From positions 1 through 43,053 of the forward strand of contig JAZNNA010000020.1 in the NCBI GenBank assembly GCA_045580065.1: DNA of 43,053 nt. Reading direction: 5' to 3'. A program made the position numbers and the translations under genes. This document shows, one piece after another, positions 28,757 to 36,819 of the stretch. The notes under the pieces are model-generated. The model did not search any database. It was not told the DNA's origin and saw only the letters and a list, made by a program, of their open reading frames with translations. Every line of letters starts with the position of its first letter. The stretch's first letter is position 1. The DNA comes from Eubacteriales bacterium (GTDB taxonomy: Bacteria; Bacillota; Clostridia; Oscillospirales; CAG-272).

Positions 28757-29392
28757 ATGGGCTTTGGACTTTTACTGATCGGATATTTCTTTGTGTCGGT
28801 CGTATCGCTGTATTCCCCCTTTTCCTTTGCCATGCTGATCGGCTATCCCTTGATGATCACGGGGCTGTGGCGCCTGGCGCCCTATCAGCGGAACTTCCGC
28901 ACGGCATTTTATCTCTCGCCGCTTTCCTTGCCCTTTGCGCTCTACTATGCATTTTTCTCTATGGAGCAATGGGGGCTGATCCGCCTTTCCATCCTCTCCG
29001 GCAGCTTTTACCAGACCGTGGAATGGCTCTATTTCGTCTTTGTACTGCTTTTCACAGCGCTTTGGCTTTACGGCATCCTTTCTCTTTGCCGCGAGCTGGA
29101 GCTTTTAAAGCTGCAATCGCCGGCGGTACGTGCTCTGTTTTTGTTTTTGGCAATGTACGTGCTGGATCTGATCTCCCGCCTACCCATCGCCTTTATCACA
29201 GAGCACCGCGCCGTGCTGGCGGTCCCGGTTCTTTTCATGCGACTTTTGATCATCTTTTTGATCCTGTACCTGCTTTACGGCTGCTACCGCTACATCGCCC
29301 CGGAGGATGAGGCACCTACCGACTATTCCGACCCGACCGAAAAGGCATTTGAATTTTTGAAAAACAAAAAGAAAGGGGGAAATAAAAAATGA
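28757..29392 (+). CDS. Hypothetical polytopic membrane protein
   Basis: About 6 hydrophobic segments; RBS GGAGG; stop overlaps next start. Confidence 0.8.
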   Translation: MGFGLLLIGYFFVSVVSLYSPFSFAMLIGYPLMITGLWRLAPYQRNFRTAFYLSPLSLPFALYYAFFSMEQWGLIRLSILSGSFYQTVEWLYFVFVLLFTALWLYGILSLCRELELLKLQSPAVRALFLFLAMYVLDLISRLPIAFITEHRAVLAVPVLFMRLLIIFLILYLLYGCYRYIAPEDEAPTDYSDPTEKAFEFLKNKKKGGNKK

Positions 29393-30807
29393 ACGAGCCG
29401 TATACCGAAACCAGAAAAAGGATCGGCTTTGGCGCGATCCTTGCCGGACTTTTCCTGTTTTTTAACCCTTACTTTGCCGTGTTTGACGTGCTGCCAGACT
29501 GGATCGGCTCTCTGATCCTTTTTCTGGCCCTGGCCAAATTTGCGCACATCGACCGCCGTATGGCGCAGGCGCGCGATGCCTTTTTAAAGCTGCTGGTCTT
29601 TTACCTTTGCAGAGATGCGGGCGTACTGATCGTATTTGGTATGTGCACCGAGGCAGAGCGCCCCACCGCACTTCTTGCCCTTGGGTTTGTAGGTGCTGTG
29701 CTTGGGCTGTACTTTGCTTTTTCCGCCTTTTCCAAGCTGTTTGAGGGCTTTTATTCGCTTGCGGTCAAATATGAGGCAAGCTCGCTTTACGGCACGTGCA
29801 AGACAGGGAACAGCGGCAAGGAATTTTGCCGCACCGAGCTTGCGCTGCGCGCCACCCGCATCTTTTTGGTGATCCGCGAGGTATTTGGCGTTTTGCCCGA
29901 GTTCTCCTCGCTCACGCTTTCCGATTATACCGACTCCGGCCTGATCCGCATCTACGATCATATCGGTGTGATGCGCGCCATGGCGTTTATCGTGGTGCTG
30001 TTTGCGGGCGTGATCTGGTATATCTCGATCTGCCGCTTTTTTGCACACGCCAAGGAGCAGCAGGACTTTTTGACCGAGCTTGGCAGAGCAGAGGAGCGCT
30101 ATCGCCAAACTCATCCCGGCAACGCGATCACGCGCCGCTATACCAAGGTCTTTATCCTTCTTTCGATCGGCGCATTTTTACTGGCGGATTTTTACCTTGA
30201 TTTTCAAAATATCCTGCCCGATCCGCTGGCTGCCGTTTTTCTGCTTGTCGGCATGCTTATCACCGATCTTTCCCACCGAGAAAAGCTTGCTTGCACGGCA
30301 GCTTGTGCGCTTTACGGCGTGGTCAGCGTTTTCTCAGCCCGCTATACGCTTGCCTTTGTGCAAAATTACATCGGGGCACAGATCTCCAAAAATGCCGAAG
30401 CGGCAGACGCTTACTTTACGATGTGGATCTGGTCACTTGTGGAAATGCTTGTGTTTTTACTGCTGCTGGCCGCTTTGCTGCTGGCTCTGCGCAAGATCAT
30501 TTCCAAATGGGCGGGGTACGTGGCAGAGTATGCCGATACTGCCTTTGAGCAGCGCCGCCGCCGCGCCTTTCTTGCAGATTTTGATGCCAAGCTGATCCGC
30601 ACGTTCGGCATCGGCTTTCTCAGCGCTCTTGCGTCATTTCTTTACGATTACGTCAAGGAAATTCCAAACAAGGGCATTTTCCACGTGATGGAATTTTTCT
30701 GGGCCGTGGACCTTTTGCTTGCCGTATTTTTTGCCGTGTCCTTTGCCGCGCTGCTTGGCAGCATCCGCGCGCAGATCAAAAACCGCTTTGCGCTGGAGGA
30801 GGACTGA
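29389..30807 (+). CDS. Hypothetical polytopic membrane protein with internal duplication
   Basis: Many TM segments; DVLPDWIG and NILPDPLA open the two halves. Confidence 0.8.
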   Translation: MNEPYTETRKRIGFGAILAGLFLFFNPYFAVFDVLPDWIGSLILFLALAKFAHIDRRMAQARDAFLKLLVFYLCRDAGVLIVFGMCTEAERPTALLALGFVGAVLGLYFAFSAFSKLFEGFYSLAVKYEASSLYGTCKTGNSGKEFCRTELALRATRIFLVIREVFGVLPEFSSLTLSDYTDSGLIRIYDHIGVMRAMAFIVVLFAGVIWYISICRFFAHAKEQQDFLTELGRAEERYRQTHPGNAITRRYTKVFILLSIGAFLLADFYLDFQNILPDPLAAVFLLVGMLITDLSHREKLACTAACALYGVVSVFSARYTLAFVQNYIGAQISKNAEAADAYFTMWIWSLVEMLVFLLLLAALLLALRKIISKWAGYVAEYADTAFEQRRRRAFLADFDAKLIRTFGIGFLSALASFLYDYVKEIPNKGIFHVMEFFWAVDLLLAVFFAVSFAALLGSIRAQIKNRFALEED

Positions 30808-30834
30808 ATAGCTTTGCACTTTTTACGCACACTA
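30805..30834 (+). promoter_or_regulatory. sigma-G-type forespore promoter
   Basis: TGAATA-17 bp-CACACTA versus classical sigma-G consensus TGAATA-N17/18-CATACTA (1 mismatch). Confidence 0.7.
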
Positions 30835-30884
30835 AGGGTTAGCAAGCAACCGCTTGCCATCAAGTGCTTGTAAGGAGAGATACG

Positions 30885-31028
30885 ATGCAAAACCAAAACC
30901 AAAACCAAAACCAAAATCAGAACCAAAACCAAAAGCAAAACCAGCAGCAAAACAACCAGAACCAGAATAAGCAAAACAATCAAAATCAAAGCAAGAACAA
31001 GGCCGAAAATAAAAATCAGAGCAAATAA
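30885..31028 (+). CDS. 47-aa Gln/Asn-rich microprotein (not in ORF track)
   Basis: AAGGAG RBS then ATG; MQNQNQNQNQNQNQNQKQNQQQNNQNQNKQNNQNQSKNKAENKNQSK*; synonymous CAA/CAG and AAC/AAT mixing; flanked by promoter and terminator. Confidence 0.8.
   Translation: MQNQNQNQNQNQNQNQKQNQQQNNQNQNKQNNQNQSKNKAENKNQSK
30888..30941 (+). repeat. CAAAAC hexamer tandem repeat encoding (QN)n
   Basis: Four perfect CAAAAC units (30888-30911), then variants CAAAAT, CAGAAC, CAAAAC, CAAAAG, CAAAAC. Confidence 0.85.
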
Positions 31029-31041
31029 TTTCCTTTTTGGG

Positions 31042-31073
31042 AAAAGAGGCGGAAAAATTCCGCCTCTTTTTTT
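31042..31073 (+). terminator. Rho-independent terminator of the Q/N microprotein gene
   Basis: AAAAGAGGCGGAA-AAA-TTCCGCCTCTTTT plus further T's. Confidence 0.85.
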
Positions 31074-31081
31074 CTTTTTCG

Positions 31082-31110
31082 TTGCAATTCAAGAAAAAAT
31101 ATTGTATAAT
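31082..31110 (+). promoter_or_regulatory. sigma-A promoter of pcrA
   Basis: TTGCAA-17 bp-TATAAT. Confidence 0.8.
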
Positions 31111-31140
31111 AGAGATATAAAGTATAAAACGAGGTTTCAA

Positions 31141-33564
31141 ATGACTGAGCTTTCCACACGTTATCTTGCCGCCAAGCGCGCGCTGTTCGACCGTTATTTT
31201 TCAACGCTGAACGAATGCCAGCGCGAGGCTGTTTATCATATCAAAAACCCCTTGCTGATCCTGGCAGGCGCAGGGAGCGGCAAAACCACCGTTCTGGTGC
31301 GCCGCATTGCGTACATCATCCGCTTTGGCAACGCCTATCACAGCGATTACGTGCCCTTTGACCTTTCCGAGCGGCAGGTGCAGATCCTTGAAGCGGGCGT
31401 GCGCGCCCCCCTCACCAAGGGCGAGCTTGAGGGGCTGCTTTCGCAGTTTGCCACCTCTCCCGCACAGCCCTGGCAGATCCTTGCCATCACCTTTACCAAC
31501 AAGGCCGCCAACGAAATGAAAACGCGTCTTGGAGCTGCATTCCCGGAGGATGAAACGCTGCCAAGCTCCATTTGGGCGGGCACCTTCCACTCGATCTGCA
31601 TGCGCATCCTGCGCCGCTTTTACGCCGAGGCAGGCCTTGGCGAGGGCTTTACCGTTTACGACACCGACGACTCGAAAAAGGCGCTCCAGGCGGTTTTAAA
31701 ATCCCTGAATATCGACGATAAGATCCTGCCCGTCAAAACTGCGATGAACGCTATCAGCCGCGCAAAGGATCGCTTGCTCACGCCGGAAAATTTTCTGCTG
31801 GAAATGGGCAACGATTATCGCATGAAGCTGCTGGAAAAGGTATTTATCGCCTATCAGCAGCGCCTTGCCGACTCCAACGCCCTGGATTTTGACGATATCA
31901 TCTGCCGCACCGTTAAGCTCCTGCAGGAAAACGAAAGCGTGCGCACACTGTATCAAAACCAGTTCCGCTACGTTTGCGTGGACGAGTATCAGGATACCAA
32001 CGAGGCACAGTTCCACCTGACCGCCCTGCTTTCCGGTGGCTCGCGCAATCTGATGGTGGTGGGCGACGACGACCAGAGTATTTATAAGTTCCGCGGCGCC
32101 ACCATTGAGAATATCCGCAACTTTACCAAGGTGTTCCAAAATGCCACCATTATCCGGCTGGAGCAGAATTACCGCTCTACACAGTCTATCCTGGATGCGG
32201 CCAACGCCGTGATCTCTCACAACACGAAGGCGGAAAATATGCGCAAGGAGCTGTGGTCTGACCGTGGTCAGGGCAAAAAGATCCGTGTGCTCAACCCCGA
32301 AAACCAAAACACCGAGGCACGCGCCATCATCGATATCGTGCAAAAGGGCGTTTCCGAGGGGAACAAATACCGCGACTATGCCGTGCTGTTTCGTGCCAAC
32401 GCGCAATCCAACGCGCTTGAAACAGCATTTGCACGCAGCGGCGTGCCTTACCGTATGCTGGGTGGCATCCGCTTTTCCGATCGCAAGGAGATCCGCGATA
32501 TCGTGGCCTATCTGCAGCTGATCGACAACCACGCGGACAAGGAGCGCCTTTTGCGCATCGTCAACGAGCCGCGCCGCGGCCTTGGCGACAAAACGCTTGC
32601 CGCGATCGAGGAAATCGCCACGGGCGAGGGAAGATCTATGTTTGCCGTGATGGAAAATGCGGAGAATTATCTTGCCTTAAAGCGCAGCGCCAAGACTCTG
32701 ACCGAGTTCACAGGTCTGATCAACGACCTGACCGAGAGATTGAAGGAGTTGCCGCTTGACGCCTTTGTTGAGGAGGTTCTGGAGCGCACCGGCTACCGCC
32801 AGATGATCGTTGATATGGGCGAGGAGGAGGCCGAGCGCCTTGACAACCTGCAGGAATTTATTTCAAACATCATCGAGTATCAACAGACCGCCGAGGATCC
32901 GACCCTGACCGAATTTTTGGAGGTAACGGCGCTTGTTGCCGACGTAGACCGCTACGACGACACCGCCGATGCCGTGGTGCTGATGACGATCCACAGTGCC
33001 AAGGGGCTGGAGTTCCCGCGCGTGTTCCTGCCCGGATTTGAGGAAGGGCTTTTCCCAAGCATGCAGACCGTGCTTGGGGGAGAGGAGGAGATCGAGGAGG
33101 AGCGCCGCCTTGCCTACGTGGCTATTACGCGTGCAAAGGACGAGCTGTATATCCTGCACGCCAAAAGCCGTATGCTCTACGGCCGTACTGCGCCCAATCC
33201 CGCCTCTCGTTTTCTCGGGGAAATCCCCGAGGAGCTGCTTGACCGCCCCAAGCCTCAGCAGCCCACCTACAATACCTACGGCGGCTACCGCAGCGCCACC
33301 GTTCCTACGGGCGAGCGCTACGCCCCCTCGCGCTATCAGAACTCCGCCGCAACCGAGCGGGCAAGCGTGGGGCAGCGCCCCCAGAGATCGGCCGTACCAC
33401 GCAAGACCTTTGCTGCGGGCGACCGCGTCAAGCACGCCGTTTTTGGCGAGGGAACCGTGCTTTCGGTGCAAAAGATCGCCGCGGATACGCTCTACGAGAT
33501 CGCCTTTGACAAGGTGGGCACCAAAAAGCTGATGGCGACCTACGCCAAGCTGGAAAATGCCTAA
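31141..33564 (+). CDS. pcrA: ATP-dependent DNA helicase PcrA/UvrD
   Basis: LAGAGSGKT, AITFTNKAA, VDEYQDTN, VGDDDQSIYKFRGA, LEQNYRS, MTIHSAKGLEF, EERRLAYVAITRA, C-terminal Tudor-like domain; ATG 31141 after GAGGT. Confidence 0.96.
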   Translation: MTELSTRYLAAKRALFDRYFSTLNECQREAVYHIKNPLLILAGAGSGKTTVLVRRIAYIIRFGNAYHSDYVPFDLSERQVQILEAGVRAPLTKGELEGLLSQFATSPAQPWQILAITFTNKAANEMKTRLGAAFPEDETLPSSIWAGTFHSICMRILRRFYAEAGLGEGFTVYDTDDSKKALQAVLKSLNIDDKILPVKTAMNAISRAKDRLLTPENFLLEMGNDYRMKLLEKVFIAYQQRLADSNALDFDDIICRTVKLLQENESVRTLYQNQFRYVCVDEYQDTNEAQFHLTALLSGGSRNLMVVGDDDQSIYKFRGATIENIRNFTKVFQNATIIRLEQNYRSTQSILDAANAVISHNTKAENMRKELWSDRGQGKKIRVLNPENQNTEARAIIDIVQKGVSEGNKYRDYAVLFRANAQSNALETAFARSGVPYRMLGGIRFSDRKEIRDIVAYLQLIDNHADKERLLRIVNEPRRGLGDKTLAAIEEIATGEGRSMFAVMENAENYLALKRSAKTLTEFTGLINDLTERLKELPLDAFVEEVLERTGYRQMIVDMGEEEAERLDNLQEFISNIIEYQQTAEDPTLTEFLEVTALVADVDRYDDTADAVVLMTIHSAKGLEFPRVFLPGFEEGLFPSMQTVLGGEEEIEEERRLAYVAITRAKDELYILHAKSRMLYGRTAPNPASRFLGEIPEELLDRPKPQQPTYNTYGGYRSATVPTGERYAPSRYQNSAATERASVGQRPQRSAVPRKTFAAGDRVKHAVFGEGTVLSVQKIAADTLYEIAFDKVGTKKLMATYAKLENA

Positions 33565-33575
33565 GGAGGAAGTAC

Positions 33576-34256
33576 ATGAAACACAAGCAATTTATCAAGG
33601 AATACGCCACAAGGCTTGCATTTCTTTGCGCTACGCTGGCCATCTTCCTGTTTATCCCCATGGGGCTGACACAGTCAATAGGCTTACGTGTACTCTTTGG
33701 CATACTGATCCTCCTGCTGCTTACGGGTGGCGGCGTGCTTTTGTACCTTTCCGCCAAGGAAAAGGGCGCGGCCGTGCATTATTTCCTTTACGACCGCCGC
33801 AGAAAGGTCATGCGCGCCAAAGAACAGCTGAACGCCGAGATCATTTTTGATACCATGGACTATTATCTGCGCCCCTTTGGAAAGGCCGCAACCGAGCTTT
33901 GGTCAGATCTGCCGAAGCCCCTGCGCTTGCAGCTGGATGCCGAGCCGCACTTCAAGCCCCTGGTAGCCTACCGTATGCTTTATGCGCTTTCCGCGCTTTC
34001 CGGCCAGGATGCAACAGCGCTGTTTGCCGCCGCTGACAACCGCGTTGTTTCTTATCTTTGCCGCACGCTTGCGGAATGCGGAGAGCAGGAGCTTGCCGAC
34101 TTTATCTATCAAATGAAAAAGAATGCGGAAAAGCAAAGCGAGCATATCGGCAGCTTTTTTCAAAAAAATGCCAAATTTTTTGCCGCGCGCGCCGAGCGAT
34201 ATATCGAGCAGCACTTTGAAGACTTTACCGTAGAAAAAAGCAAATTTGAAAAATAA
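33576..34256 (+). CDS. Hypothetical protein, two N-terminal TM helices and a soluble helical domain
   Basis: AAGGAG RBS, 11 bp after pcrA stop, followed by terminator. Confidence 0.8.
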   Translation: MKHKQFIKEYATRLAFLCATLAIFLFIPMGLTQSIGLRVLFGILILLLLTGGGVLLYLSAKEKGAAVHYFLYDRRRKVMRAKEQLNAEIIFDTMDYYLRPFGKAATELWSDLPKPLRLQLDAEPHFKPLVAYRMLYALSALSGQDATALFAAADNRVVSYLCRTLAECGEQELADFIYQMKKNAEKQSEHIGSFFQKNAKFFAARAERYIEQHFEDFTVEKSKFEK

Positions 34257-34292
34257 AAAAAGAGGCGTGCGCGAATGCGCACGGCTCTTTTT
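34257..34292 (+). terminator. Rho-independent terminator
   Basis: AAAAAGAG-G-CGTGCGC-GAAT-GCGCACG-G-CTCTTTTT. Confidence 0.75.
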
Positions 34293-34358
34293 AACAAAAT
34301 TTAACCCTTGTAAAACGAAGAATACTGAAAAGAATATTCTTGGAAGGGGAGTGAGTGT

Positions 34359-35132
34359 ATGAAAAAAATAATCTGTATTTTTTCTGTAATTTTGCTGCTG
34401 CAAGCTTTTGTGCAGCCGGTAGAGGCCGCAGAGGAGCTGCACTGGTACTGCATACGCAATAAAGCAAACAGGCAGCCGCCCTGTCCTGCGGAATTTTCTT
34501 TTATTTCGCAGCATGGGGGGATTTTTTTAGACAGCGCCCACGGCGATACGGCAGAGGAGCGCGTGGTATATCTCACCTTTGACGCAGGGTACGAAAACGG
34601 CAACGTAGCGCGCGTTCTGGATGCCTTGAAGGAGGCGGATGCGCCTGCGGCATTTTTTGTGTTGAAGCACTTTGTAAAAGCGAATGGTGATCTGATCGAA
34701 CGCATGCTTTGCGAGGGCCATCTTGTGTGCAATCACACGGCAAATCACAAAAATTTAGCGCGGCTTTCCAAAGCGCAGACCGAGCAGGAGATAAGAGAGC
34801 TTGAGGACGTATTTCGCGAGCAAACAGGGCGCGAGCTTTCTCGCTTTTTCCGTCCGCCGGAGGGGAGCTTTTCTGCAGAAATGCTGGAAACTGTAGCAGA
34901 AATGGGGTATAAAACCGTGTTCTGGAGCCTTGCTTATGCCGATTGGGACAATCAAAAACAGCCGGCACCGCAAAAGGCAATGGAGATCCTGATGACCAAT
35001 ATCCACAACGGCGCCATCCTTTTGCTGCACCCCACGTCAAAGACCAATGCGGATATCTTACCCCGGCTGATCGGTGAGCTGCGCGCTGCGGGATATCGGC
35101 TTGGCAGCCTGGAGGAGATATGCGCCGCCTGA
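34359..35132 (+). CDS. pdaA: Spore cortex delta-lactam-biosynthetic de-N-acetylase (PdaA type)
   Basis: Signal peptide; YLTFDAGYENG (PdaA-type motif 1), NHTANH, FRPPEG.FS, FWSLAYADW, HNGAILLLH. Confidence 0.85.
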   Translation: MKKIICIFSVILLLQAFVQPVEAAEELHWYCIRNKANRQPPCPAEFSFISQHGGIFLDSAHGDTAEERVVYLTFDAGYENGNVARVLDALKEADAPAAFFVLKHFVKANGDLIERMLCEGHLVCNHTANHKNLARLSKAQTEQEIRELEDVFREQTGRELSRFFRPPEGSFSAEMLETVAEMGYKTVFWSLAYADWDNQKQPAPQKAMEILMTNIHNGAILLLHPTSKTNADILPRLIGELRAAGYRLGSLEEICAA

Positions 35133-35806
35133 TCAGTCTTTTTTTGCTGTTTTCAACGCTGTTTTGCCTGGCGATGCCCGTGGCCGCAGCACCGCGCATC
35201 GTATATCGGTATGCCGGCAATACCGAGGGGCAGCGCATCGCCCTCACCTTTGACGACGGCCCTCATCCGCGCTACACCGCCGAGATCCTGGATATCTTAA
35301 AGGAATACAACGTAAAGGCCACCTTTTTTTGCGTGGGAAGCAATGCCGAAAGCTATCCGGAGCTGATCCGGCGCGAGATAGCAGAGGGACACGAGGTCGC
35401 CAACCACACCTACAACCATTATCACGTCTGCAAGCTTTCCGACAGCGAGCTTGAAAGCGATATTTTTGCTTGCAACGATACGCTGCAGCGCATCACCGGA
35501 CGCCGCGTGCGGCTGTTTCGCCCGCCCGAGGGGGTGTGCAGCGAGGACGTGAAAAGCATTTGCGACAAAAGCGATATGACCATTGTTTTATGGAGCGTGG
35601 ACACGCGCGACTGGGCGCATACTCCGCTTGAGGAGATGCTTTGCAACGTCAAAAGCAACGTGCGAAACGGCTCTATCATCTTAATGCACGATTTTATCGG
35701 CAAAAATAGCCCAACTCCCACGGCACTGCGGCAGATCATACCGATGCTGCGGGAATTGGGCTATGAAATGGTAACGGTCAGTCAGCTTGTTGGGCAGGCG
35801 GAGTGA
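35120..35806 (+). CDS. Polysaccharide deacetylase (CE4/NodB; PdaB-like)
   Basis: Signal peptide; LTFDDGP, NHTYNH, FRPPEG, WSVDTRDW, LMHD. Confidence 0.88.
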   Translation: MRRLISLFLLFSTLFCLAMPVAAAPRIVYRYAGNTEGQRIALTFDDGPHPRYTAEILDILKEYNVKATFFCVGSNAESYPELIRREIAEGHEVANHTYNHYHVCKLSDSELESDIFACNDTLQRITGRRVRLFRPPEGVCSEDVKSICDKSDMTIVLWSVDTRDWAHTPLEEMLCNVKSNVRNGSIILMHDFIGKNSPTPTALRQIIPMLRELGYEMVTVSQLVGQAE

Positions 35807-36788
35807 TCTCCGCCTCCTCGGCCTCGGCCTCAGCCTCATCCTCATCATCAAGCGCCATAAACGGCTCCAGCTCGGTGCGGCCGTCGATCATATAGCGGCG
35901 AATATTGGGATATGCGGCATACACGGCCATAAAGCCCGCAAAGCCGGGCAGGTAGAAGAAGGGGAGAATGATCGGCAGGGTAAAGCCGATGGAAAGCGAC
36001 GGGCCGATCAGCGCAATATTCAGCCCGACCAAAAGCATAATGCCCAAAAGGGCCATAATGTTGCGCTTGATGCCCAGCATTGAGAAGATCAGGGCATTTT
36101 TCAGCATTTTCCCAAGCGGAAGATCAAAGGTGATCATCATCAGATAAATGTAAAAGCGCATAAAGATATAGATCACCGCAAGGGCAAGGATCACAAAGTA
36201 CATCAACCCATAGGCAAAGGAACTGCCGGTCATAGCGCCGAAATAGTACCAATCAAAAAACAACACCGCGATCGCAAGCACGTCAAGAAGGCCCATGAAA
36301 AAGCCTTGCTTCAGGTTGCGCCTGATGGCGTAAAAGTAGTCTGACCACAAAAAGCAGGAGTCGCCGCGCACAAGACTGCGCAGATTATAGGTGCCGCCAA
36401 CCGTTTGCCAGCCCCAGGTAAGCACCGTAAACACGCCAAGCGCGATCATCACCACCCATGCGGCGGTAGAGGGGTTGGCACCCGTGCCTTGCTCGCCGAA
36501 AATACCAATCAAAGGAGCCGCAACACCCGATGTCCCGGTCAGCGAAATGCCTAGCAGGGGGGCGTACATCGTGTTGTTGGTGGTGGGGACATGCTGCCCA
36601 AAGATGTAAATCAGTAAAATCGCCACCAAGGGCAGAAAACGGAAGGTCATCATCAAATTAAGGGTAAGGATCTTGCCCATCTTACGCCACAGCTTTTTAA
36701 AAAAGTAGGCAAGCGTGGGGGAGGTATCCTCAGCCAGCGCATCACTGCGCTCCTTCTGGCTGAAAAAGCCAAATTTTTTCTCGCTCAT
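35778..36788 (-). CDS. YesL/DUF624 family membrane protein
   Basis: SDYFYAIRRNLKQG, YIYLMMITFDL..GKMLKNALIF pattern; ATG 36788 after GAAAGGAAG. Confidence 0.75.
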   Translation of the reverse strand: MSEKKFGFFSQKERSDALAEDTSPTLAYFFKKLWRKMGKILTLNLMMTFRFLPLVAILLIYIFGQHVPTTNNTMYAPLLGISLTGTSGVAAPLIGIFGEQGTGANPSTAAWVVMIALGVFTVLTWGWQTVGGTYNLRSLVRGDSCFLWSDYFYAIRRNLKQGFFMGLLDVLAIAVLFFDWYYFGAMTGSSFAYGLMYFVILALAVIYIFMRFYIYLMMITFDLPLGKMLKNALIFSMLGIKRNIMALLGIMLLVGLNIALIGPSLSIGFTLPIILPFFYLPGFAGFMAVYAAYPNIRRYMIDGRTELEPFMALDDEDEAEAEAEEAEITPPAQQAD

Positions 36789-36819
36789 AAACTTCCTTTC
36801 GTGCAGGAGATCTCCTGCC

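Noticed and set aside
26122-28833. Long antisense ORFs opposite secA (similar ones oppose tig, the aminopeptidase and clpX)
   Set aside because: Expected stop-free shadow frames from biased codon usage; no recognisable domains
30888-31020. CRISPR array or phase-variation tract
   Set aside because: No repeat-spacer structure or cas genes; the 6-bp unit preserves the frame
30648-31140. Minus-strand ORFs 30648-30989 (poly-L/V/I, toxin-like hydrophobic) and 30832-31140 (GFGFGF repeats)
   Set aside because: Antisense shadows of the CAAAAC repeat; TTG starts without a convincing RBS, while the plus frame has promoter, RBS and terminator
30885-31140. Q/N ORF plus terminator as an amino-acid-sensing attenuator for pcrA
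   Set aside because: pcrA has its own consensus sigma-A promoter downstream of the terminator, and I see no antiterminator
34299-34341. sigma-G/F promoter (ATTTA-N17-AATACTG) and AAGAATATTCTT palindrome upstream of pdaA
   Set aside because: Biologically expected, but the match is too degenerate in AT-rich DNA to support as a feature
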